64,000 nt of DNA from the NCBI GenBank assembly GCA_037142615.1, contig JBAXAI010000009.1:1-64000 (forward strand), read 5' to 3'. Source of the stretch: Spirochaetales bacterium (GTDB lineage Bacteria; Spirochaetota; Spirochaetia; JABEVK01). Shown here piece by piece: positions 55,669 through 64,000 of this stretch. A model generated the notes under the pieces. The model had not been told where the DNA came from and did not search any database. It was given only the letters and a program-made list of their open reading frames with translations. A program made the translations under genes and the position numbers. How positions within the stretch are numbered: the stretch's first letter is position 1; each line of letters begins with the position of its first letter.

Positions 55669-58442
55669 GGCGAGGTCCCCAAGAGAGTCTGGATGGTGTC
55701 GATGTCGGGCACGGGCCACGGTTTGGTGAGCTTGCCGTCGGCCGCGTAGCCAAACTCCGCCAACTTGCGCAGAATCTCGCGGTCGGCAGCGAGGGCTGCC
55801 TGGTCCACAGCTTCGCGGGGGTTGGTGCCGTTGAACACCATTTTGTTCCAGGCGTCGCTCATCTGCCGCTCGACCATGTAGGTGCCGGGCATTTTGGGGG
55901 CCTCGCGCAGCCACTTCCACTGGGCCAGGATGGCGGCCTTGTGGCTGGCGGGAATGGGGGTCTTTTCGAAGGCCTTGAGGTTGGCCGGGAACCACAGGTT
56001 GCTCAGGCCGTAGGTCGACAGCACGCGCTGCGAGTAGCGGGCCTGGGTGTCGCCCGAAAGCCACCATTGCAGAAACTTCCAGGCCGCGTCGGGGTGTTTG
56101 CTGCCCGAAAAGATCACCGCAGTGGCCCCGGAACCGGGGGCCCAGCGCTGCACGTTGCCCGAGGCGTCGGCTATGCCGGGCTGGGGAGCCAGGTCCCACG
56201 AGCCATTGAGCTCGGGAGCCGACCACAACAGCTGAACGTAGCTGGTCGCGTTACCAATGCCCAGCGGAATGCTGCCATCCTTGAAATGCTCGAAGAACAC
56301 CGGCACCTGCATGGGCAGGCTGTACAGCGTGAACATCTCGGCGAGGAAACGCAGGCCGGCGAGGGCTTCCTCGCTCCCGAGGTCTGTCCCCGAGCCGTCG
56401 GGTTTGTACAACCGGCCACCAGCTTGGTTCACGAAGGGCAGGGTCTGCGGAAAGCTTTTGAAGCCCGCGCCGCCGGCGATGGGCAGGTACACCTGGAGCC
56501 CGTTGCGGCGCAGGGTTGGCACCAGGTTCACAAGGTCTTTCCACGTGTCGGGGGGGTGCACGCCCAGCTTGCCCAGAATATCCTTGCGGTAGAAGGTGAG
56601 CCAAAAGTCCTGGGTTTCCGGGAAGGCGTACACCCCCTCACGCAGAACAAGGGGCAGGAACGACCCCGGCATGAACTCGCTGGCCAACTTCGAAAACCCA
56701 GGCTTGCCGCGCAGGTCGGTCAGCGCGCCGCGAAGGGCCAGCTCGAAGGGCAGCCAGTTGCTGAGCCCGAGTCCGACGTCGGGAACCCGGCCCGCCGCGT
56801 TGGCAAGGATGATCTTGCCTTCGTCGGGGATCAGCGAGATGCGAACCCCCAATTCGGGCACTTCCTCGTCGGCCATTTGCTGGATGAGCTCGGCCTGAGC
56901 GCGGGGGCGGTTCACCCACACCGACAGCGCGGCGCTGGCCGTGTCGCGGCGGTTGTACTCGGCCGGGGCGAACGACAGCCAGAAACGGCGTACTCCGTCG
57001 GACCAGCGCTCGAGCCAGTTCACCGAGCGCGGCGAGTTCGCCAGATAGCCGACGGGCGCCACCGTGATCAGGTCGAGGTCGAGCGCCTGATCCTCGAGCA
57101 GGGCGCGGGTGGCGGCCAGCATTCCCGATACCGAGCCGGAGCCTTCGGAAAGCCAACTTCGGCGGTACGGCAACTGGTCGCGCTCGAGGGCCAACTGGCG
57201 CAGGCGGTCGCTGGCGATGCGCAGGTTCACACCCTCGCGGGTTTCTCCTGCGGTGCCCACCGCGGCTGAGAGCTCTTTGCCGGCCGCTTGCAGCTCGTCG
57301 GCCCAAGCCACCAGCAACTCACCAGCACCCGGAAGGTAGTCGTCGAGCTTCCAGTCGCGCAGTTGGTCCTGGGTGTCGCCGGTGAGAGCGCGCAGTTGCA
57401 GGCCCAGGTCGCGGGTGGTGGCAAGCACCGTGTCGACCTTTGCCAGAACCCCTGCGAGCGGGGCGAGCGTCACGGTCAACTCGAGCGTGTGCGTTCCGGG
57501 TTCCAGCTCGAAGGCGAGCGGTTGGCCGGTGCTGTCCAGAAGGGGGGCCGACGTCCAGCTGGGCACCGCAGGCAGTCGCACCACGCCGTCGGTGGTCACC
57601 GGGCGGCCGTCGAGCCGGGCCAAGCGGAAGCTCGCTCCGTTCACCTTTCCCGTGATGCGGGAATGGAGCCAGATTTCCTGGGGTCCCGCGACGGCCGTGG
57701 TGAACTGCCACGTCAGCGACTGGCCGGCGGTCTTCCACTCGCGGCCACCGACGGCGTTGAGCAACAAGTGGTCGGTGTCGTAAGGCGACAGTTCGGGGTC
57801 ACGGAAGGTTTCGGACGCAACAGCCAAGTCGGAGGTGGCCAGGGCACGCTCCCCTTCCAGGTACGACGGCGAACCCTCGGCGTGTCGCTCACCGGCCGAA
57901 AGGCGCGGCCAAGGCTGAGCTGCCGGTTGAGGGACAGACCCCGTTACCACCATCCCCGAGCTGAGAGCCTCGACCCGGTATGACTTGGCTCCAGCAGGGG
58001 CCGAAAGCAGCAGGTCCAGGGTCCCATCGTTGAGCCTCAACTGCCGCGCGGTTTGAGTCGCGGCGGGGTGGCGGCGGGCGCGAAGGTCATTTCCAAAGCG
58101 GTCGGTGCGGGGGTCGGAGTCGAGAACAAACTCCAGCGGCACACGGCCTCGAAGTTCCGAAAGCACTTTGCCCGTGGCGTCGAGCCAAACAATGCTCACG
58201 AGTGCGGGGGGTGCGAAATTGGCGTCGAGTTCGAGGTCGACGGCAAGGCGAAAAGGCTGGCCTCCCTCGGTGGGCGAGGCCGGAGCGAGCGACGCCGCGA
58301 CCGAACCAACTCCCGGGGGAGACCAGGCAGATAGGGCCGACGCCTGCAGACGGCAGGTCGCCGGCAAAACAAATATCCCAAAGAGAAGGGCAAGCGCCCC
58401 GAGAACTCCAGCGACGACCTTGAACAGGTTCGGGTTTCTCAC
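55665..58442 (-). CDS. Large solute-binding protein with N-terminal CBM-like domains
   Basis: 925 aa; LNAVGG.W...[18 protein letters not shown]; C-terminal binding domain with [23 protein letters not shown]. Confidence 0.8.
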   Translation of the reverse strand: MRNPNLFKVVAGVLGALALLFGIFVLPATCRLQASALSAWSPPGVGSVAASLAPASPTEGGQPFRLAVDLELDANFAPPALVSIVWLDATGKVLSELRGRVPLEFVLDSDPRTDRFGNDLRARRHPAATQTARQLRLNDGTLDLLLSAPAGAKSYRVEALSSGMVVTGSVPQPAAQPWPRLSAGERHAEGSPSYLEGERALATSDLAVASETFRDPELSPYDTDHLLLNAVGGREWKTAGQSLTWQFTTAVAGPQEIWLHSRITGKVNGASFRLARLDGRPVTTDGVVRLPAVPSWTSAPLLDSTGQPLAFELEPGTHTLELTVTLAPLAGVLAKVDTVLATTRDLGLQLRALTGDTQDQLRDWKLDDYLPGAGELLVAWADELQAAGKELSAAVGTAGETREGVNLRIASDRLRQLALERDQLPYRRSWLSEGSGSVSGMLAATRALLEDQALDLDLITVAPVGYLANSPRSVNWLERWSDGVRRFWLSFAPAEYNRRDTASAALSVWVNRPRAQAELIQQMADEEVPELGVRISLIPDEGKIILANAAGRVPDVGLGLSNWLPFELALRGALTDLRGKPGFSKLASEFMPGSFLPLVLREGVYAFPETQDFWLTFYRKDILGKLGVHPPDTWKDLVNLVPTLRRNGLQVYLPIAGGAGFKSFPQTLPFVNQAGGRLYKPDGSGTDLGSEEALAGLRFLAEMFTLYSLPMQVPVFFEHFKDGSIPLGIGNATSYVQLLWSAPELNGSWDLAPQPGIADASGNVQRWAPGSGATAVIFSGSKHPDAAWKFLQWWLSGDTQARYSQRVLSTYGLSNLWFPANLKAFEKTPIPASHKAAILAQWKWLREAPKMPGTYMVERQMSDAWNKMVFNGTNPREAVDQAALAADREILRKLAEFGYAADGKLTKPWPVPDIDTIQTLLGTSP

Positions 58443-58457
58443 GGCGCTCTTCCCAAC

Positions 58458-59765
58458 TTACTTAATGAAACCGAGCTTGCGGGCGGCTTCCTTGTACTTG
58501 GTGTTCGACAGCGTGTTGAGCTCGTCGATCACGTCGGCCACTTTTACGTCACCGCGAACCGAGTTCCACAGCAGGTCGCCGATCTTTTGTCCGGCCTTGA
58601 CCTGGCCATCCCAGCGGGCGGGAATGTAACCGGGGAGCCATTTGAAGGCTTCGACGACGCCCTTGTCGAGAGTGGCGTAAAGGGCCTTCACACCGGGGAC
58701 GGTCTGCACTTTGAAGTACGCGTCGAGCACCGTCTTGTCGGTCACCATGGGCAGGGTGCTGGGCAGCGTATTGGCCTTGGCGGCGAGTTGCAGACGCTTC
58801 AGGAAGCCTTCTTTGCCCCAGCTCATCCATTTGGCGAACTCGTAGGCTTCGGCGGGGCGCTTGGTCCCGTTGGCGATGCCAACGTAGTCGTTGACGATGA
58901 TGGTGCGGCCACCAGGAACGCCGATGAAGTCCCAGTTGAACTTGGCGAGCTTGGTGATATCGGGAACGGCCCAGGTTCCGTCCCAGCGCAGGGCGATGTT
59001 GCCGTTGTTCCAGGCTTCGCCGTGCCAGCCACCGGGGAACTTGTCCTTGATGTCCTTGGGCTGGGCTTCCCAAACGGCGGGAGCGGTCCACAAGCTCTTG
59101 GCGAGCGCGATGCCTTCGAGGAACTCCTTGCTGTTCAGGTTGAACTTGCTGCCATCCCAGGTGAAGTAGCCCATCTTGGGGTTGGCCGCCGAGGCGTACC
59201 AGTCGACGATCTGGACTTCTTCGCTCAGGGGCAGCACGCCGCTGGCCGGTTGGTTGTAGTCCTTCATGATCTTGGTGAAGTCAGCAAGCTTCCACGCGGT
59301 GGTGGGGGCCTTGGCGTTCGCGCCTTCGAACACGTCCTTGTTCACAAAGTAGCCCATCATGTGCAGGGCGAACGGAACGGCGAAGGTCTTGCCGTTGTAG
59401 ACGGTGGCGCCGGAGACGACCTTGGGAAGGGTGCTGTACTCTTTGTCGGCCTTGGCGAGGGCGCTGATGTCCATCACCCAGTCGTTGGCCAAGGCCCCGG
59501 GGATAGTCTGGAGCATGAACACGTCGGGCAAGCCACCAGCAGCGGCGGCAGCGGCGAGGGCGGCGGGCCAGTCGCCCGTAATGCGGTCGTCAATCTTCAC
59601 CACGATGTTCGGGTGAGTTTCCATGAACGCAGCGATCATCTGCCGTTCGATGTTGTTTTCTTCGGCCGTTCCCAAGTTCCAGTTGGCGTACTTGAGCGTG
59701 ACCGTCTGAGCGGACAGACCAATGACCAGCATGGTCATGGCCAGAATTACCAGGAATTTCTTCAT
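58458..59765 (-). CDS. Sugar ABC solute-binding protein
   Basis: Signal peptide; TLKYANW, GLPDVF, YNGKTFAVP, AYEFAKW; GGAGG SD. Confidence 0.9.
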   Translation of the reverse strand: MKKFLVILAMTMLVIGLSAQTVTLKYANWNLGTAEENNIERQMIAAFMETHPNIVVKIDDRITGDWPAALAAAAAAGGLPDVFMLQTIPGALANDWVMDISALAKADKEYSTLPKVVSGATVYNGKTFAVPFALHMMGYFVNKDVFEGANAKAPTTAWKLADFTKIMKDYNQPASGVLPLSEEVQIVDWYASAANPKMGYFTWDGSKFNLNSKEFLEGIALAKSLWTAPAVWEAQPKDIKDKFPGGWHGEAWNNGNIALRWDGTWAVPDITKLAKFNWDFIGVPGGRTIIVNDYVGIANGTKRPAEAYEFAKWMSWGKEGFLKRLQLAAKANTLPSTLPMVTDKTVLDAYFKVQTVPGVKALYATLDKGVVEAFKWLPGYIPARWDGQVKAGQKIGDLLWNSVRGDVKVADVIDELNTLSNTKYKEAARKLGFIK

Positions 59766-59815
59766 GGTTTCCTCCAAAAAATCGATTCCGGCAGTCCTAC
59801 GGACCACCACGGGGT

Positions 59816-62299
59816 TTAGACCCCGATTTCCACCACGATTGAGCTGGATGTACCCGGGGCCGGAGCCTCGGCTAGTCCATCGGGACGGAGTACCCCGTCC
59901 TGCACCAACGAGCGCACCCGGTTACCAGGACCCACCCGCTTCACCTCGATCTCGACCCGGCCGCCGCGGAAGGGGCGCCCGTAGCGGAACCCCGGCCATT
60001 CTGCGGGTACCAGCGGCGCCACCCGCAACTTCCCGCCCTCGGGTCGAACGCCCAGCAACCAGTGGACGGCCATGCGGTGCATCCACTGGGCGCTGCCGGT
60101 GTACCAACTCCAGCCGGCCCGGCCGTGCAGGGGCGAATCGGGGCCGTCGATGTTGCCGGGCATCACGTAAGGTTCGGCCTGCCAGCGCTCGGGGTTGGCC
60201 CCCCGTTTGGGAGGGCAGATTCGGGCCCAGGCCTCCCAGGCCAACTCAGCGTTGCCCAACAGCGCCCAAGCCCACACGGCCCAGGTCGCGGCGTGGCTGT
60301 AGGTGCCGCCGTTCTCGCGAAGACCGGGGGCGTAGCGCGTGATGTAGCCGATGTCGGTGCGGGGGCTGTGATAGGCCGGTCGCAACAGCACGGCTCCGTC
60401 TGCCTCGAGCAGCTCTTTTTCGACGCTCGCCATAGCCGTTGCCTGCCGCTCGGCGGGCGCCAGCCCGGAAATGACCGCCCAGGTCTGCGGGTTGAGAAAG
60501 ATCCGACCCTCGCTCGCCGACGCCGTGCCGAGAATCTCAGCGTTGTCGTTGGTGGCGGCGTGGTACCAGGCTCCGTCCCACGCGTGGGCTTCGAGGGCCT
60601 TGGCCATGCCCGCGCGCAGGCCACGGCAGGTCTTGGCGAAGGCAGGGTCGCCGCGCTTCTCGACCAGCGGGGCCCAACGCTCGAGGATGAAGCCGAGAAA
60701 CTGGGCCACCCACATGCTCTCGCCCTTCATCTGGTTGCCCACCGCCGACAGGCCGTCGTTCCAGTCGTGGTCACCCATCAGTGGGATTCCCCGGGGAGAG
60801 AAGCGGCTGAAGGCCTTCTTGAGCGCGCGCTCGCAGTGTTCGCGGATCGTTGCTTCGCCGCCGTCCTGCCAAGGGGCCATGCGGTCGAGAATCGCTTCAT
60901 CGCCGGTTTCTTCGAGGTACAGTTCGACAGCAAAGGGAAGCCACAGCAAGTCGTCCGAACAGGTGCCGCGGGGGCCCCCTCCCCGGATGGTGAACCACCA
61001 GTGCAGTACGTCCCCTTCCTGAAACTGATGCCCGGCGTGCAGCACAATCTGGTCTGCTGTGCGCTCGGGGTGGCTCTCGAGCCAGACCAGACTGTCTTGC
61101 AGTTGGTCGCGGAAGCCCCAGCCGGCGCTCACTTGGTAGGGGCCGCTCTTGGCCCACAGCCGGCAGGCGATGGCCTGATAGCGGCTCCACCGCTGGGTAA
61201 ACAGCGTGAAGGCGTCGTCGGGCGTCGACAGAGTCTCGACGTCGAGCAAGTTGTCCCAGAAGGCGTGAACCGCCTCACGGGCCTTGCGGGCGCCTTCGGG
61301 GTGGCAATGCTCGGCGACCAGGGCGGTCCAATCCTCGGCGGCAACGGGAGTCTTCACGCTGGTGGCGTAGCCGCCGGGACCGTGCTGGGCTCCTCCTTGG
61401 GCGAGCGACAACGGCGGAGGGGCGTCGGCGTGGCGGGCAGCGCCCGTAGCGAACACGACGATGACCGTCTGACCCGGCTCCAACTCTACGATAGTGCGAA
61501 GGGCGGCGATGGCATCGCCGATACGGCCGGTATTGCGCGCCAACTCGTCGGCCTCGAGGGCAGCGGGTGCGGCGGCGTTGCCCCAGCCCCCTAGGAACGA
61601 CAGCTTGTCGGCGTCGTACGACTGCACCTCGGCACTGCACGCGTGGAAGGCGGTGTACGGCCAACTGACGTTGTTCCACCGACCGAGTTCGTCGGGGAAG
61701 CCCCATAGGTGTTTGTTTGCGGTAAGGGCCCCTTGTTTGGCGTGCCACGCGGTGTCGATGAACAGCTTGTGAAACTCGCGATGCTCAGCCGGGGCCTGGC
61801 CCAGTTCCCACTCAAGGGCGCTGGTCAACTCGATACGCCGTGGCTTCAGGCCGGTGTTGGTCAGGTGAAGCTCGGCCAGTTCCATCGGTGCGCCGGGCAC
61901 GGCATAGCGCCACAGGTCGCTGCGGATGTCGCCCTGTCGTTGCAAGAAGCGTGCAAAACCGGCGCCGTAGCGCACTTCAAACTCGTCGGGTGTCTTTCGG
62001 GTGGGCTGCCAGGTGAGGCTCCAGACGTCGTGGTAGGTCGCACCCGGGGTCAGATCGCGGGCGTAGAACCAGGTTCCCATGGCGTCCTGGACGAGGTCCT
62101 GAAACGAACGGGTCACGCGGTTCTGCCCCGCGTTGTCGCGCCACGAGTAGCCGGCGCCCACCTGGCTCACCAGGAAGTTCCACTCGCCGTTCGAGACGAT
62201 CTGCGACCACGGCCGTGGCGTCTTGGCCTTGCGGATGACGTATTCCTTGCCGTCGGCGCTGAAGCCGCCGTAGCCGTTGTCGAGTTTCAGCTTTTTCAT
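59816..62299 (-). CDS. GH94 glycoside phosphorylase, resembling the phosphorylase domain of cyclic beta-1,2-glucan synthase
   Basis: TPRPWS, GFRDQLQD, HWW, SDDLLWLP, DWNDG, GESMW, PGLRENGGTYSHAA, EPYV, GWSWYTGSA. Confidence 0.92.
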   Translation of the reverse strand: MKKLKLDNGYGGFSADGKEYVIRKAKTPRPWSQIVSNGEWNFLVSQVGAGYSWRDNAGQNRVTRSFQDLVQDAMGTWFYARDLTPGATYHDVWSLTWQPTRKTPDEFEVRYGAGFARFLQRQGDIRSDLWRYAVPGAPMELAELHLTNTGLKPRRIELTSALEWELGQAPAEHREFHKLFIDTAWHAKQGALTANKHLWGFPDELGRWNNVSWPYTAFHACSAEVQSYDADKLSFLGGWGNAAAPAALEADELARNTGRIGDAIAALRTIVELEPGQTVIVVFATGAARHADAPPPLSLAQGGAQHGPGGYATSVKTPVAAEDWTALVAEHCHPEGARKAREAVHAFWDNLLDVETLSTPDDAFTLFTQRWSRYQAIACRLWAKSGPYQVSAGWGFRDQLQDSLVWLESHPERTADQIVLHAGHQFQEGDVLHWWFTIRGGGPRGTCSDDLLWLPFAVELYLEETGDEAILDRMAPWQDGGEATIREHCERALKKAFSRFSPRGIPLMGDHDWNDGLSAVGNQMKGESMWVAQFLGFILERWAPLVEKRGDPAFAKTCRGLRAGMAKALEAHAWDGAWYHAATNDNAEILGTASASEGRIFLNPQTWAVISGLAPAERQATAMASVEKELLEADGAVLLRPAYHSPRTDIGYITRYAPGLRENGGTYSHAATWAVWAWALLGNAELAWEAWARICPPKRGANPERWQAEPYVMPGNIDGPDSPLHGRAGWSWYTGSAQWMHRMAVHWLLGVRPEGGKLRVAPLVPAEWPGFRYGRPFRGGRVEIEVKRVGPGNRVRSLVQDGVLRPDGLAEAPAPGTSSSIVVEIGV

Positions 62300-63270
62300 G
62301 GTGTTCCCCCTTGCAAAACGGCGCCGTGCGAAGCGCGGAGAACGGGTTTGAGCGCTACCAGTCGGGTCTGACTCCAGCCGGGGTGAGCCAACATCTTGAG
62401 CAGGATGTCGGCCGCCTGACGGCCCCACTCGGCGCGAGGCACCTGAACCGTCGTCAGCGCCGGGTGAAGAAACTCGGCCACCTGGATGTCGTCAAACCCG
62501 GTAACACCGATGTCCTGACCCAGCTCGACCTTCTCGGCCGTGAACACGCGGTAGATGCCCAAAGCCGTCTCGTCGTTGGCGCACACAACAAGCTTTGGCC
62601 GAAGCTTCAGGCCCAGAATCTGGCGGGCAACCCGGTGGCCACCGTCTTCGGTGAAGTCTCCCCCAAGAACCCGGAGGTCCTTTCCGAACCGGAGGTGCAT
62701 GGCGGCCAACCGCTCTTCGGCGTCGTGGGAGTGTTCGGGTCCCCCGACGTAAACGAGGTCTTCCCTCGGCGGTGAGCCCAGACCATCGAGCAACTGGTTG
62801 AGCCCACCCGCGTTGTCGAGCACGCAACTGGAAAGTCCTGCGGCCTTCAGGTTGCGGTCCATTGTTACCAAGGGAAGTCCCGCGGCGGCGGCCTCAAGGA
62901 TCTTCTGGTCGGGGATGGCGGCGTCGAGAATGACGCCGGCGTCGAGGCGGCGTCCGCGCAGGTAATCGGTCCGTGGCGATCGGAAGCAGACAATCAGGTC
63001 GTACCCGGCAACATCCAGTTGGTGCCGCACGCCCGCGAGCACATCGTGGTAGAACGGCCCGGCGAGGTCGTTCACGAAGAAGCCCACCGTGCGCGTTTCG
63101 CGGATCTTGAGGCTACGGGCGATTTCGTGCGGTCGGTAGTCGAGTTCGCGGGCAATGGAAAGGATCCGGTTGCGGGTCGTAGGAGCCACCCGGCTGTCGC
63201 CGTTGAGAGCAAGAGAGGTCGTCGAAACAGAAACCCCTGCGCGAAGGGCAATTTCCTTCAGTCCGGCCAT
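62296..63270 (-). CDS. LacI-family transcriptional regulator
   Basis: LKEIALRAGVSVSTTSLALN, CANDETALG, VTGFDDI, LTTV. Confidence 0.95.
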   Translation of the reverse strand: MAGLKEIALRAGVSVSTTSLALNGDSRVAPTTRNRILSIARELDYRPHEIARSLKIRETRTVGFFVNDLAGPFYHDVLAGVRHQLDVAGYDLIVCFRSPRTDYLRGRRLDAGVILDAAIPDQKILEAAAAGLPLVTMDRNLKAAGLSSCVLDNAGGLNQLLDGLGSPPREDLVYVGGPEHSHDAEERLAAMHLRFGKDLRVLGGDFTEDGGHRVARQILGLKLRPKLVVCANDETALGIYRVFTAEKVELGQDIGVTGFDDIQVAEFLHPALTTVQVPRAEWGRQAADILLKMLAHPGWSQTRLVALKPVLRASHGAVLQGGTP

Positions 63271-63291
63271 GTTGAGTGAACCCCTATAACC

Positions 63292-63337
63292 ATCGATACG
63301 TTTCGATTGTGCCTAAAGACCCTATCGAAACGATTGA
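63292..63337. promoter_or_regulatory. LacI-type operator(s)
   Basis: ATCGATAC-GTTTCGAT (63292-63307, one mismatch from a perfect CG-centred palindrome) and a weaker ATCGAAACGATTGA (63324-63337). Confidence 0.7.
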
Positions 63338-63377
63338 AATACGATACACCCAGTCTTTCGAGCGCGCAAGGACTTTC

Positions 63378-64000
63378 TTAGACGGTGAAGCCCTTCACCC
63401 GTTCCTGCAGGCGGAACGCGGCTTCGGCGTTGGCTTGGGCCCCCATGGCGACGGCTGCCATGGCCTTGGTCAACTGCTGGGTCTTGAGGGATTGCGACGT
63501 GACAGCCTGCTCGATGCGACGGGTGGCTTGAATGATTTCGGCCATCGCCCGCGAGGCGTCGACCGAATGGCCCTTCTGCTCCTGGGTGAGGTCGCGGATC
63601 ACGTTCATCGCCTCAACCAACCCTTGTGTCGAGCCGAGAACCTGATCGGTGCCGGTCTGCTGTTCGGTCATGGTCAAGGCGATCGTACGCAGCAAAGTCG
63701 AGGTCTCTTCGGTCCGGCGGGCGATTTCAGTAAAAGCGTCGCCGGCCTGGCCCGCCAGTTGGCCCCCGGTTTGGATCTTGCGGTCCATGTCCTGGATATG
63801 CGTGCGGATCTCGCGAGCGTTGCGCGCGCTGGTCTCGGCCAGATTGCGAACCTCGTCTGCGACCACGGCAAAGCCGCTCCCCGAGTCCCCTGCGTGGGCG
63901 GCTTCGATGGCGGCATTCATTGCCAGAAGATTGGTCTGCGCGGCAATTTTGGCAATCAAGCCCACAATCTCGTTGACGCTGCGCGAAGCGTCTTGAATCT
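63378..64000 (-). CDS. Methyl-accepting chemotaxis protein, 3' part; start is outside the window
   Basis: [20 protein letters not shown]...[14 protein letters not shown]. Confidence 0.95.
   Translation of the reverse strand, partial: IQDASRSVNEIVGLIAKIAAQTNLLAMNAAIEAAHAGDSGSGFAVVADEVRNLAETSARNAREIRTHIQDMDRKIQTGGQLAGQAGDAFTEIARRTEETSTLLRTIALTMTEQQTGTDQVLGSTQGLVEAMNVIRDLTQEQKGHSVDASRAMAEIIQATRRIEQAVTSQSLKTQQLTKAMAAVAMGAQANAEAAFRLQERVKGFTV

Overview
GC-rich bacterial chromosomal segment, most likely from a free-living spirochaete (inferred from archaeal-type PheRS, archaeal/eukaryote-type ProRS, DUF2259, orphan ssb and an MCP). Left to right: (1) a sugar ABC/GH95 locus with a YesM/YesN pair whose kinase is frameshifted; (2) a small accessory island of three AAA-ATPase/PD-(D/E)XK-type nuclease genes around a decayed glycosidase remnant; (3) housekeeping and repair genes (pheT, pheS, alkA-like, lhr, gnd, two tandem ssb-like genes, proS); (4) membrane and signalling genes, including an exported Hint-fold protein with substituted catalytic residues; (5) a YtrA-type ABC operon; (6) a ~23 kb glycan locus (GH35, GH39, two GH144, ADP-ribosylglycohydrolase, DUF5696, NHL-TPR-YIP1, four permeases, two binding proteins, GH94, LacI); (7) the 3' end of an MCP. 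Many genes appear leaderless (-10 hexamer 6 nt before the start codon). No rRNA, tRNA, CRISPR array or transposase was recognised. All product calls come from motif recognition by eye, not database searches.
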